Shown here: piece after piece, positions 19,773 to 29,141 of the stretch
Layout: the number at the start of each line of letters is the position of its first letter
Numbering within the stretch: position 1 is the stretch's first letter
Source of the DNA: a phage
DNA length: 64,000 nt
Sequence record: NC_100372.1
Strand: one strand, 5' to 3'
Notes under the pieces: generated by a model
The model's database searches: none
Told to the model about the DNA's origin: nothing
Seen by the model: the letters and a program-made list of their open reading frames with translations, nothing else
Program-made: the position numbers and the translations under genes

Positions 19773-19797
19773 CGAACAAAACAAGGAGAATGACAGT

Positions 19798-20109
19798 ATG
19801 GCTACAATACAAGAGAGACTGAATAAGATATACTGCCTATTTGTCTATAACGGTGAGACAATTTTGGCAAACAAAGGATACAAGAATGTGTGGATTAAGG
19901 ACAGCGGTGGTAACATAATCAACTTGGCGCTACTACGTGAGCGAAGACACCGATTCTTCACTGAGTCCCGTGTTATTGAAAGCAACACATTTTACAGAAC
20001 AGGGGATAAAGTAATTGTTGACAATGACACGTGGTATGTGGTAGACTGGCAATCGTTGACCTGTGATGCTTCTGACAATTGTAAGTATTCCATGGTAATT
20101 GCTAAATAA
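19798..20109 (+). CDS. Hypothetical protein
   Basis: ORF with strong RBS after promoter. Confidence 0.5.
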   Translation: MATIQERLNKIYCLFVYNGETILANKGYKNVWIKDSGGNIINLALLRERRHRFFTESRVIESNTFYRTGDKVIVDNDTWYVVDWQSLTCDASDNCKYSMVIAK

Positions 20110-20170
20110 AGGCAAATGAGAATCAGGTTTAAATAGATCGCTTTTAACTTTCCAACATTAAGGACCTCAC

Positions 20171-21220
20171 ATGAATTTAACACCTCGCAGCACCATGGTA
20201 CACGGCATGAAAGAAAAACAGAACGGCTTCGAACCGATGAGTAATAAAATGTTTGGTATGCCTGGTGGTATTATGGAAACATACAGCTACCCAACGCCAG
20301 TTGTTGACCACGTGCTTTATATTGACGATCTTGATGATTTGCAGGATCATATGTCCCGTTTGCAAACAATTCGTATGGCACGGCCGGAAGAAAGTATCCG
20401 TGTAATTGTTAACAGCCCTGGTGGTTGCGTCCACATTGCTATGGCGTATTTGCAGGCATTCCGCGAGTCTCAGGCAAGCGTTGTTGTACACGCTGAAGGG
20501 ATGTGCTGCTCAGCAGGAACAATCTTATGGCTGGGTTGCAAAGAACGAACTGTGGCTCCGGACACAGAGTTTATGTTCCACTACTATCAAGGTGGCACCT
20601 ATGGCAACGGTGTGAACATGAATACTCAGGTCAACTACTGGAAGAAACGTTTTGAACGCCTGATCGAAAAATACTACGGTGGGGTTCTGACAGAAGATGA
20701 GATCGCATCCATCACGGCTGGTGGAGAAGTGTGGTTGGATGGAGAAGAGCTGGCAGCTCGAACTGGTGCTATCATTCTGGACGATGAAAACATTCAGCGC
20801 ATTCAGAATGGGCAGAAACCGAAAAAGCTTTTGGCAAAAAGTGATGAAGAAGGTGTGCTAGGCGAAGCAGGCCTGCCAGAGATTCACCAATGCACATCTC
20901 TGGACGAGCTGGTCCATGCTGTTGAGTCTGCAAAAGTAAATGGTATGAAAGGTGATGTTCACACTGTGTTCCTGAATCTGCAGATGGAGAGTGGTGAGAC
21001 CGTTAAGATTGCACTGGGTGAGATTACCTCGGAAGATCTGCAGCGATTCTCTGTGGTAGAGCTTCAGGACATTTTGTCCCAATTGAAAACCACCCTGAAC
21101 GGAGGTGAAGAAGTTCAGGTTAAAGATAAGACCCGCAAGCGTCTGGTGGACAATATTATTAAAACAGCAAAAGAGCTCAATGAAAAAATCCTGGGCGCAG
21201 GAATTGTCGAAGAAGCTTAA
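20171..21220 (+). CDS. ClpP-like serine peptidase (S14 fold) with about 150 aa C-terminal extension
   Basis: VIVNSPGG, GMCCSAGTIL (Ser region) and FMFHYYQGG (His region). Confidence 0.6.
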   Translation: MNLTPRSTMVHGMKEKQNGFEPMSNKMFGMPGGIMETYSYPTPVVDHVLYIDDLDDLQDHMSRLQTIRMARPEESIRVIVNSPGGCVHIAMAYLQAFRESQASVVVHAEGMCCSAGTILWLGCKERTVAPDTEFMFHYYQGGTYGNGVNMNTQVNYWKKRFERLIEKYYGGVLTEDEIASITAGGEVWLDGEELAARTGAIILDDENIQRIQNGQKPKKLLAKSDEEGVLGEAGLPEIHQCTSLDELVHAVESAKVNGMKGDVHTVFLNLQMESGETVKIALGEITSEDLQRFSVVELQDILSQLKTTLNGGEEVQVKDKTRKRLVDNIIKTAKELNEKILGAGIVEEA

Positions 21221-21231
21221 ACATTAATCTT

Positions 21232-21256
21232 AAAGCCCTCTTCGGAGGGCTTTTAT
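21232..21256 (+). terminator. Intrinsic terminator (AAGCCCTC-TTCG-GAGGGCTT + TTTTAT)
   Basis: 8-bp stem, UUCG loop, T-run after the ClpP-like gene. Confidence 0.6.
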
Positions 21257-21271
21257 GATCTGGAGATTTGC

Positions 21272-21805
21272 ATGACTTGTGCTAGAAAACCTGACGAACA
21301 ACGTAACGCCTATGATGAATATGTGACACCAGAGTGGTGTGCAGAAGGGTTGTATGACCTCATTCCGTTCCCAGAAGATTGGACCTATTTGGAGCCTTGC
21401 AGGAATAGCGCCTCAGGTGTGTTCTACTCCCGTATGCCGTTAGGATCTGCATGGGGAGAAATCCAAGAAGGTGTTGACTATCTGAATACGGAATACAACC
21501 ATGTTGACTGTATTATCACCAACCCGCCGTACAGCCTGGCTCGTGAGTTTGTGGACAAGGCGTTGAAAGATGCCGACGTAGTTATTATGCTTTTGCGTCT
21601 TAATTTTCTGGAAAGCAAGGCCAGATTTGAATGGTGGCTTGATAATGCCCCTACCACTGTGATCACAATATCTAAGCGTCCATCATTCCAATCGAATGGC
21701 AGAACTGACGGGCAAGCATATGCATATTTTGTGTGGGACAAGAAGAACCGTTTAGACCTACCACCATTTATGTGGTTGGCACCTCCGGAGGCAGACTTGA
21801 AATGA
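21272..21805 (+). CDS. DNA N6-adenine methyltransferase (phage Dam-like)
   Basis: DEYVTPEW and IITNPPY catalytic motif. Confidence 0.7.
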   Translation: MTCARKPDEQRNAYDEYVTPEWCAEGLYDLIPFPEDWTYLEPCRNSASGVFYSRMPLGSAWGEIQEGVDYLNTEYNHVDCIITNPPYSLAREFVDKALKDADVVIMLLRLNFLESKARFEWWLDNAPTTVITISKRPSFQSNGRTDGQAYAYFVWDKKNRLDLPPFMWLAPPEADLK

Positions 21806-22086
21806 AAATGAGTGCTAAGGACAAGTTGCACCAGTTAGCGCTAAAACGTCCTGTAACTCTCCCTGACGAGCTTAACTCCATTTATGATGCGATTGTAGGG
21901 GAGATACAAAATAAGGCGTTAGCAGGCTTTCTGGGATGCGGATTTTCGATAAATCTTCCATCACACCTCTCAGACTACTTCCCACACATCGTTGGGGATT
22001 TGAGGGCAGGAGGTCTGCAGGTGGATGTTGTTGGCATCTCCCCGGAGAAAAATAACACAGTTGCCTACTTGACAGTGACCTGGTAG
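21802..22086 (+). CDS. Hypothetical protein
   Basis: ATGA overlap with upstream gene. Confidence 0.45.
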   Translation: MKMSAKDKLHQLALKRPVTLPDELNSIYDAIVGEIQNKALAGFLGCGFSINLPSHLSDYFPHIVGDLRAGGLQVDVVGISPEKNNTVAYLTVTW

Positions 22087-22122
22087 TAGTGTATTTTGTT
22101 TTCAACAAGAGGGGGGTCATCT

Positions 22123-22362
22123 ATGTATAAGTCATTTTCAATTTACTCAAGACAGGCAAAACACTACACAGAGATTCTGATCACTCAGAAAAAATCTGTG
22201 GAAGGTGAGTGGGAATATCATCATAAAATGTTGCGTCCAGACTGGGTTTTTGATAGGCTTATTGCTATGATCCCTCTTGGAGAAGTATACCCTCTGACAG
22301 GTCATAGGGATGCTTGGGATTTAATTGACTATATAGATTCATTTAAGGAGCCTAGATTATGA
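22123..22362 (+). CDS. Hypothetical protein
   Basis: ATG after GAGGGGGG RBS. Confidence 0.45.
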   Translation: MYKSFSIYSRQAKHYTEILITQKKSVEGEWEYHHKMLRPDWVFDRLIAMIPLGEVYPLTGHRDAWDLIDYIDSFKEPRL

Positions 22363-22757
22363 AGATTGAGATTACTGAAGAAGGTAAGAAAGTCTCTGGT
22401 AACTATGCAACAGTTATCCGTGATGTAATGTTCGAAGTCACTAAGATTGGCACATCCAAGGTTGGTCAAACGGTGAGTGTGCAAGGTAATATCACCGCAG
22501 GAGAGAAGATATTCATCGTGATAAAAGGCCAGGATCCTGTAGAAGGGACAGTTGGACGTGGTGGATACTTGTGTATCTCTGAAGAGCCTCGCATGCTAGT
22601 TGCTGATAACTCCACAGGTAAAAAGCGAGTATGTAACACGGACGAGGTGATGATTATCTATCCAGTCAACCCGGATGATCCGGCAACATGGATTGTGGGA
22701 AATGAAATCTTCTCTTTAGAAGAGCTATCCTTCCCAGCTCCGCGATCTGTTCAGTAA
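22359..22757 (+). CDS. Hypothetical protein (MKIEIT N-terminus)
   Basis: ORF, start/stop coupling. Confidence 0.5.
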   Translation: MKIEITEEGKKVSGNYATVIRDVMFEVTKIGTSKVGQTVSVQGNITAGEKIFIVIKGQDPVEGTVGRGGYLCISEEPRMLVADNSTGKKRVCNTDEVMIIYPVNPDDPATWIVGNEIFSLEELSFPAPRSVQ

Positions 22758-22796
22758 TAATTTATCTTGCCAGGGACGGCAAAAGCAGGAGGTAGC

Positions 22797-23030
22797 ATGA
22801 AAGTTAAATTTCTTACAGATTTAGGGTACCCTTCCTTGGTTGACTGCGTTGGTAAAATTGTGGAAGCAAAACGGCTATCTGCAAACGATAATGTTGTCAT
22901 GGTTAAGGGAAAAGATTTACTAGCTGCAGGTGCAGAGTCTGGCAGGATCTCTCCTGACTATACGTATTACCTGTCTTTAAGTAATCTACCAGAACGAGGC
23001 GGCAAAGGCCTTGAAGTTGTGGAGGAGTGA
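22797..23030 (+). CDS. Small acidic paralog-family protein
   Basis: AGGAGG RBS; MKVKFL N-terminus, VKGKDLLAAGA motif, C-terminal EVVEE. Confidence 0.5.
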   Translation: MKVKFLTDLGYPSLVDCVGKIVEAKRLSANDNVVMVKGKDLLAAGAESGRISPDYTYYLSLSNLPERGGKGLEVVEE

Positions 23031-23572
23031 CAGGTATGCTTCTGATTAACTGGGAAGACCTCTATGGGGACAAAGACCCTGTTGCGTTTGTTGATCGTAG
23101 GTGGAGGTACACTGAAGAACAACTGGCTGCAAAAAATTTAACTGCAAAACGCAGAAAGATCATCCAGTGCAAGTACAAATACGCACAGTTTGCTGCAAAA
23201 GTGTCTCCACAAATCGAGAGTTTTGTACTTAAATTGTATGACGAGTACCTCAAATTCAAATTGGATTTTGTACAGGTATACCGTGCACAGGTACGTCCAG
23301 ATACCAACATCTGTAGATGGAAGGTTGTTTGTGATGGTAAAGATTTGCCGCTCAGTTTGACAATTGAGTGGCGTTGGGGGTATCATGAGTGCGGTTTGTA
23401 TGATATTTGGGATGTCATTGTAGATCCTGCTAAGTACCTGAACACAGAGGAGCTGGAATATATCAATAAGGTTATTCTAGATATGTTTTTCAGCTACACC
23501 CATGAAAACTCTGAGAAAGAACGGGATAATTTTCTTGACACCCTCGGCAACCACCTGCAGTGTACAATTTAA
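23027..23572 (+). CDS. Hypothetical protein
   Basis: ORF in operon. Confidence 0.5.
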   Translation: MTGMLLINWEDLYGDKDPVAFVDRRWRYTEEQLAAKNLTAKRRKIIQCKYKYAQFAAKVSPQIESFVLKLYDEYLKFKLDFVQVYRAQVRPDTNICRWKVVCDGKDLPLSLTIEWRWGYHECGLYDIWDVIVDPAKYLNTEELEYINKVILDMFFSYTHENSEKERDNFLDTLGNHLQCTI

Positions 23573-23590
23573 CCTACAAAGGAGGAGCCA

Positions 23591-23827
23591 ATGAGTATAG
23601 ATGCTGTGCTGATAGGTTACCTGGTAGTAGCTGTTATAACAGCAGTAATCTTGGCAGGTATATGCATCGTGTCTACACGAAGGGTGAAGTTTGATGATTT
23701 TATCACCATCATCACTGCTGCGCCCTTTTGGCCTGTTGTTATCTTCATCGTAATAATGTGCCTAGTTGATTACCACAAGAATATCCGTAAGGAGAAAAAG
23801 GAGAGTAGGGATGGATACCGCACCTAA
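23591..23827 (+). CDS. Small membrane protein
   Basis: Two hydrophobic helices; AAAGGAGGAGCC RBS. Confidence 0.5.
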   Translation: MSIDAVLIGYLVVAVITAVILAGICIVSTRRVKFDDFITIITAAPFWPVVIFIVIMCLVDYHKNIRKEKKESRDGYRT

Positions 23828-23940
23828 AACTGTTTATACTGTTCTTAAAGAGATTGCGTTCTACGCAGATCTTAGCCGGGCACCTTTATGGGAAAAGAAT
23901 ATGTATTTAAAATGGTGCGTGAAATTAGGGGGGCCTTCTA

Positions 23941-24069
23941 ATGTTTCAAGCCATGTTTATTGAAATGCTCTCTGGGGTATTACTGCTGGTAGCCATTTTG
24001 GGTGGCGCGGCACTGATGTATAATTATCTTGAAAAAGGGGACAGTAATGACAAAAAAATAAATCCTTAG
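23941..24069 (+). CDS. Small membrane peptide (42 aa)
   Basis: GGGGGG RBS; hydrophobic core; ends just after an A7 run. Confidence 0.35.
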   Translation: MFQAMFIEMLSGVLLLVAILGGAALMYNYLEKGDSNDKKINP

Positions 24070-24235
24070 AACAGGCTGAAAACCTTCTCCACGAGCTGGT
24101 AAAGGAGTGGAAAGTTGAATACTCAGATTTTAATGCAAGAGAGGGGGAAGATTATTGGCCTACAGAGCGCTCAGAGGGAGAGTGGTATCAAGATTTCATA
24201 GAATGGCTATATCAGACGTGCGATGAGGGGTGACG

Positions 24236-24691
24236 ATGTTTGTTAAATATGTAAAAACGTGCCTCAACAACCTTGGTAGAGAGCATTGGTACACACTGCT
24301 TGAAAAAGGAGAAATTTTAACAAAATCTGGAAAGATAACTTTGATACCTTTGGACGATAAAGACCCGTCACTACTTGTCATAGATGATTACGTTACAGGT
24401 GTGTCGTACGAGGTATCTGTGGAGAGGTTAATACGCAGATCTGGAGGTCCTTATGACCGAAGAGAGTATGTTTTCGATTCCGTTACAGAGAAGGAAGATC
24501 CGTCCCTAATGTTTAGAATGGTAATCAGGGATATGAAATCATCTATAAATAGGATCGTAAAGGACATTAAGGAGCCTTTTAGGGTAAAAGTTAATAAGTT
24601 TTTTGATTCTAAGATCAACATACTCACCGTTGTGCTAGGCGTAATTCAACTTCTGTTAATTTTGCACTATTTTGAACTGTTGTTTAAGTAA
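24236..24691 (+). CDS. Hypothetical protein with C-terminal hydrophobic helix
   Basis: ATG after GAGGGG RBS. Confidence 0.5.
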   Translation: MFVKYVKTCLNNLGREHWYTLLEKGEILTKSGKITLIPLDDKDPSLLVIDDYVTGVSYEVSVERLIRRSGGPYDRREYVFDSVTEKEDPSLMFRMVIRDMKSSINRIVKDIKEPFRVKVNKFFDSKINILTVVLGVIQLLLILHYFELLFK

Positions 24692-24751
24692 TGTGCATTA
24701 TGGCACAAAGGATGTGCCATAATTAAATAAACTAAGAAAGAGGTAGAGAGA

Positions 24752-25099
24752 ATGTCAAAGATTAAATCGATATTAATGTGGGTGGCTGTTGTAGCTTTTG
24801 TAGGATACTGGACTTGGGAAACTGAATTAAAAGATATTGGGTATACCAGCCTTGAGAGCAAGGCGTGCATTGGCATAACCGATGCATTCAGGCAGAATGC
24901 TATGGATCACGAATGTGTCGATGCAGATATAGATGAGAAACTGTCTAAGGACAAAGATTTTTACCATGGTCATGCCTTGCTTGATAGTGGTGACACTGTG
25001 GAATTCTGGTCGTGGTTCCGTGAAGATGGGACAATAAAGACAGCAGTAAAGATTTCCAACAAAGAGTTGATGCTGTTGCAGCAGAAGGAGGTGCAATGA
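24752..25099 (+). CDS. Hypothetical membrane-anchored protein
   Basis: N-terminal TM helix; GAAAGAGG RBS. Confidence 0.5.
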   Translation: MSKIKSILMWVAVVAFVGYWTWETELKDIGYTSLESKACIGITDAFRQNAMDHECVDADIDEKLSKDKDFYHGHALLDSGDTVEFWSWFREDGTIKTAVKISNKELMLLQQKEVQ

Positions 25100-25383
25100 T
25101 CTGGATATCCTACGCTGATGGCACCATGCTGTATACTGCAGGTACTAGATATGAAGTTAAGGAGGACGATAAAAAATTTATCGTAAAAACATTTGACAAG
25201 GACGACAACCTTTTGCTAGAATTGACTTACAAGGTTGGGGATGTATCTAGCATCCAATTAGATTGCGGTCATAAAGATAACCCGCTCAAGAAACCTGGGG
25301 TAGGTAAAGCTTCAGAAGAACGCCTGTCTCGTATTGCAGAAAGCGTTTCTGCACAAAAATCTAAAAAGGGGACTAGAAAATGA
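25096..25383 (+). CDS. Hypothetical protein
   Basis: Coupled ORF. Confidence 0.5.
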   Translation: MIWISYADGTMLYTAGTRYEVKEDDKKFIVKTFDKDDNLLLELTYKVGDVSSIQLDCGHKDNPLKKPGVGKASEERLSRIAESVSAQKSKKGTRK

Positions 25384-25574
25384 AAAACTTACATTTTAAC
25401 ACTTATTACTACAACACTTTGAATGATTTGTATTATATTGTTCGAAGTAAAAATCCTGAAACAGTCCTATTCTGCCGCGAACCTTTCAAAGGAGAGGAAG
25501 TGGAGTCTGAGATGAATGTTAGCCAGATTACCTCTTTGTTGCTCTCAGGTGCAATGGAAGAAGCAATATTCTAA
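25380..25574 (+). CDS. Hypothetical protein
   Basis: Coupled ORF. Confidence 0.45.
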   Translation: MKNLHFNTYYYNTLNDLYYIVRSKNPETVLFCREPFKGEEVESEMNVSQITSLLLSGAMEEAIF

Positions 25575-25592
25575 ACCAGGCGGGAGGGTTTT

Positions 25593-25778
25593 ATGAAGCA
25601 CTATTGTCTGTCTGGTAGGATGGGGGTGGATTGTGATTGGGTTTTCTTAAAACTTGTCAGCGTTCGAGAGTCCATCCCAGAGGAAGAGCAAGAAAGTGAG
25701 CTGATGTCATGGATCAACTATTACGGCAACACTTTCCGGCATGTCAAAATGGAAGAGCTGCCAAACGAGGCTGATTGA
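25593..25778 (+). CDS. Hypothetical protein
   Basis: ORF with GGGAGGG RBS. Confidence 0.4.
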   Translation: MKHYCLSGRMGVDCDWVFLKLVSVRESIPEEEQESELMSWINYYGNTFRHVKMEELPNEAD

Positions 25779-25873
25779 TTATGGTCGCATCAATATTAAC
25801 GTTTATGGGTGGCGTGGCATTCGGATTCATTCTTTGTCTGTTTATAGTTATCATGGCTATGCGAGGCTGAATT

Positions 25874-26158
25874 ATGAAACTGTTCGAGTGGTTTAAAAAG
25901 TTTAAATACCAGGCTGTTGCTGTATCGAAATGGACCGTCCGCTGGGTGGACGATGATGGAACACAAATTCCCGGTGATCAGGATACCGGATACTGGGTTA
26001 TGATGGAGAACGGATTTGGGAAAAGGAAGTTTAAATGTGTTGGTGCTCCTACTCTTTTAAATGTTAGAAGTGTGCCAGGGTACAGCACTATGGTTGTTTG
26101 GGAGCTATCCGGTGTTCCTCCTGCTAATGTGCAATATCTGCCAAACCCAGAAAAATAA
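25874..26158 (+). CDS. Hypothetical protein
   Basis: ORF. Confidence 0.5.
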   Translation: MKLFEWFKKFKYQAVAVSKWTVRWVDDDGTQIPGDQDTGYWVMMENGFGKRKFKCVGAPTLLNVRSVPGYSTMVVWELSGVPPANVQYLPNPEK

Positions 26159-26170
26159 AAGGAGAAGATA

Positions 26171-26455
26171 ATGAGCAATGGTGTTAGCAATAGTGCTGCA
26201 GAGTTTAAAGTGATCTGTAAAGGAACTTATTGGATAGTGAAACAGAAAGTGTACCTATTCGGTTTCATACCGTTTTGGCAGAGATTTTGCTGGGGAGCTA
26301 ACGAGCTTAAGAGATACGCAACCAAGGCTATGGCACTTATTGGTATAGCTGAATACATTGCTGCCAGGGACAGAGAGGGTAAAACTTGTTACTACACTGC
26401 TGACGAGATTCGTAACAGTGTTTACGTTCCACAACCGCCCGATGGAGACCGCTGA
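26171..26455 (+). CDS. Hypothetical protein
   Basis: AAGGAGAAG RBS. Confidence 0.5.
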   Translation: MSNGVSNSAAEFKVICKGTYWIVKQKVYLFGFIPFWQRFCWGANELKRYATKAMALIGIAEYIAARDREGKTCYYTADEIRNSVYVPQPPDGDR

Positions 26456-26679
26456 TGAAAGTTAAAGTTTTAGATTCAAGCTTCTATATTGGTCAGGAGC
26501 CCTTAGTGGGGAAAGTGTTTACCGCTATCCCTAACGAAGATTATCCTGACCTTCTAAAAATAAAAGGTGCAGATCTTATTGCCGCTGGTGCATCCCAGGA
26601 ATGCTTTGACAGTCAGTGGACCTACAACTTTGCCCTAGGAGAGGATGTGGAGATAGTGGAGGACGATCATGAAGGTTAA
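26455..26679 (+). CDS. Small acidic paralog-family protein
   Basis: MKVKVLDS N-terminus, KIKGADLIAAGA motif, acidic C-terminus. Confidence 0.55.
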   Translation: MKVKVLDSSFYIGQEPLVGKVFTAIPNEDYPDLLKIKGADLIAAGASQECFDSQWTYNFALGEDVEIVEDDHEG

Positions 26680-26923
26680 AATTCTTGACTCTAACGTCTA
26701 CTTGGGACAATCCTTCCTGAAAGGAAAGGTAGTACCTGCTGTATACTTCGAAGGGTTGCCGTGGGACGATCCTGTGCGGCAAAATCACAGCCATGTAGGC
26801 CACAATGTGGTGTTCATCTTGGGATCAGACCTGATCGCGGCTGGTGCCCCGGAATATTATTTCGGAGAGGACTCGTATTATGCCTTTGGGGCAGGGTCAG
26901 ATGCAGATATTTTAGAGCTGTGA
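26669..26923 (+). CDS. Small acidic paralog-family protein
   Basis: MKVKILDS N-terminus, ILGSDLIAAGA motif. Confidence 0.55.
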   Translation: MKVKILDSNVYLGQSFLKGKVVPAVYFEGLPWDDPVRQNHSHVGHNVVFILGSDLIAAGAPEYYFGEDSYYAFGAGSDADILEL

Positions 26924-26935
26924 TGGGGAACTGTT

Positions 26936-27334
26936 GTGAAAAATAAACTGTTCAAAGTTACAATGAAAATTCGCGGAGCTTGGAGCGTAAAGCAAGGGCG
27001 TATCCCCGAATTTGAGAAAGACTTCTACGTAGTCTCCACCTCGGAGGAGGCTGCATGCTGGCAGGCTGGCTATGCCTATGCAAGAACCTGGTACGAAGGA
27101 TACCAGACTGGAGGCTATGACGGAGAAATTGTCAGTAAGGGTGTGGAAGAAATTAATGTGTTGACAAGTGAAAAAGTTTTTGTTATAGTGCATCCAGATT
27201 CCAGAGTGAAGCATTACTGGAATGCCAGAACAAAAACCTGGACACCGTTTGCAGATTCTGCTACACCACTTTTAAACCAGAAAGCTCTTGACTCTGCCCC
27301 AAGCTATGGGGTTGTTGAAGAAAAGATAAGCTGA
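26936..27334 (+). CDS. Hypothetical protein (paralog of 29141..29536)
   Basis: Shared VHPDSRVKHYWNARTKTWTP / RHPHSNIAYYWDVLNNEWTP segment. Confidence 0.5.
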   Translation: MKNKLFKVTMKIRGAWSVKQGRIPEFEKDFYVVSTSEEAACWQAGYAYARTWYEGYQTGGYDGEIVSKGVEEINVLTSEKVFVIVHPDSRVKHYWNARTKTWTPFADSATPLLNQKALDSAPSYGVVEEKIS

Positions 27335-27351
27335 AATAGTGGGGTGCTTAC

Positions 27352-27642
27352 ATGATGGATTTAGTTTTGGACGCTGATAACACCGGATCGTTTAAAAAAG
27401 ATGGTGTAATAAGCATGGACCAATCCTGCGATGTCAAGATTGACTCAAAATGGACCTACAAGTTTGACGGTGAGATCTTCGCAAATGATGAGAAGGTCGT
27501 GGATGCTGTAGCCATTTTAAACGCTTTAGGGTATGACCCTGTGAACTCATTGATCAAGGATCCTGTTGAGTTTGCAGAGTATGTTCGTAAAATGGCAGAT
27601 CTTGCAGTAGATATTTTAAAAACTATCGACAACAAGTTGTAA
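27352..27642 (+). CDS. Hypothetical protein
   Basis: ORF. Confidence 0.5.
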   Translation: MMDLVLDADNTGSFKKDGVISMDQSCDVKIDSKWTYKFDGEIFANDEKVVDAVAILNALGYDPVNSLIKDPVEFAEYVRKMADLAVDILKTIDNKL

Positions 27643-27648
27643 AAACTG

Positions 27649-27677
27649 TTGACACAACGCTTCAGATTTAGTATCAT
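27649..27677 (+). promoter_or_regulatory. Sigma70-like promoter (TTGACA-17-TATCAT)
   Basis: Perfect -35, 5/6 -10, directly upstream of the HPF-like gene. Confidence 0.45.
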
Positions 27678-27723
27678 TGTTTTCAAAGAGGGGTTGGTCC
27701 CTCTTCTTTAAAAGGAACACATT

Positions 27724-28041
27724 ATGCAAATTGAAATCACTGGCAACGTAGAGATCACTGAAGGTATGGTGTCTTTCATTTCCAACAAAATGTCCAAGCT
27801 GGAGCGTTTGCACCCCTCTGCCAACTATGCACGTGTGAGTGTAAAAGTTGAAAATGATCACCAGGAAGTTATGGCTTTCATTTTTGACACTTCTGGAAAA
27901 GAAGTTATCGCCAAAGCTAAAGGTAGTGATGCTTACGAGGCAACTGACCGTATGGTAGATGTTGCAGCACGCCAGTTGGCTAAGTGTGGTGGAAAGAAAG
28001 GTAAGGGAAAAGGCAAAGTAAAGATTGACTTTTTAGATTAA
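27724..28041 (+). CDS. Ribosome hibernation promoting factor / RaiA (YfiA) family protein
   Basis: MQIEITGNVEITEGM...KLERL...VSVKVE...ARQLAK aligns along its length with E. coli HPF as I recall it (MQLNITGNNVEITEAL...KLEQY...VVLKVE...ARQLTK); lysine/glycine tail. Confidence 0.8.
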   Translation: MQIEITGNVEITEGMVSFISNKMSKLERLHPSANYARVSVKVENDHQEVMAFIFDTSGKEVIAKAKGSDAYEATDRMVDVAARQLAKCGGKKGKGKGKVKIDFLD

Positions 28042-28178
28042 GGTGCTACAATGGGCACGATTAAGAAATTAATCCCAAATGTAGAGATTGCATGCTTTGA
28101 AATTATGTTTGCAATCGCAGTTGTAGTTAATGTGTTAGGTTACGGCTATTAATATCAAATAATTGAGGAGACCTCTAA

Positions 28179-28448
28179 ATGAAAATTAAATTATTCCAAA
28201 CTGAGCTGGCAGACAAAAACTGTGGACTGGTTGAAGGCATGATCGTTGAAGCACAACCAGTTGACTACATGAAGGTGGTTCGTGATGCCCTGGGTGAAGG
28301 TTTTGATCTGATGGAGCCAGCTCTGCGAGAAGATGTCATCGAAATGGCTAAAAAGCACACACCGGAAGGTTTGGTAGTGTTTGTTGCTCCAGGTAATGGA
28401 GAGGAGTTGATTGTAACTCCGGATGTGTATGAGGTTGTAGAAGAGTAA
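28179..28448 (+). CDS. Small acidic paralog-family protein
   Basis: MKIKLF N-terminus, C-terminal YEVVEE. Confidence 0.55.
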   Translation: MKIKLFQTELADKNCGLVEGMIVEAQPVDYMKVVRDALGEGFDLMEPALREDVIEMAKKHTPEGLVVFVAPGNGEELIVTPDVYEVVEE

Positions 28449-28540
28449 TCCTGCTTGGGTTGGAATACTTTCCTCGACAAGAAAGGTTTATAATTATTTG
28501 TGGGAAAGGAATCCCCATCTCTTACCAGAGGTGATACTAT

Positions 28541-28804
28541 ATGATTGTTTATTTTAAAACTTCAGGTGGATACCCTGATTCTCAAAGCTTGATTGGAAAA
28601 ACGTGCACAGCATACTCACCTCTTGATGAGGAGGTAAGTGGTATCCTACGAGATATGTATCGGATTGATCCACAAGAAGCTTTTGATCAAAACCTTGTAT
28701 TTGTCAAGGGATCAGACATAAAGTCTTTGGGGGCATTCCCTGAAGCAGATGATGATGCTGTTTATTCGTTTATGACACCTTTTGAAGCTATGGTTGTGGG
28801 GTAA
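28541..28804 (+). CDS. Small acidic paralog-family protein
   Basis: FVKGSDIKSLGA motif. Confidence 0.5.
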   Translation: MIVYFKTSGGYPDSQSLIGKTCTAYSPLDEEVSGILRDMYRIDPQEAFDQNLVFVKGSDIKSLGAFPEADDDAVYSFMTPFEAMVVG

Positions 28805-28808
28805 GAAT

Positions 28809-29141
28809 ATGAAAGTACGCTTTATTGGTGAAACAATTCCTGTGCATCTCCGGTCTCCTGAAGACTCTGCAGATCTTGCATCTCAAAAGGCGAGAGGGTA
28901 TGATAAGAAAGTGATCTCAAGCAATGTAGAGCTTGAGGCCACCAGTCTGCCTGACCCAGCTGCATTCTTCAATCATTATGGCTACTATTTTAGCAATCTG
29001 ATGAATATTGGTGAGCTTGTGTTTATTAGTGGTGGAGAGATAGTTAGCAAGCTTGGTGGAGATCCGGATATCTTTCATGAAACCTGTCCTTTTGCATTTG
29101 TGGTGGGTTCAGATGTGGAAGTTATTGAGGAGGTTCGGTAA
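28809..29141 (+). CDS. Small acidic paralog-family protein
   Basis: MKVRFIG start, VVGSDVEVIEE C-terminus. Confidence 0.5.
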   Translation: MKVRFIGETIPVHLRSPEDSADLASQKARGYDKKVISSNVELEATSLPDPAAFFNHYGYYFSNLMNIGELVFISGGEIVSKLGGDPDIFHETCPFAFVVGSDVEVIEEVR

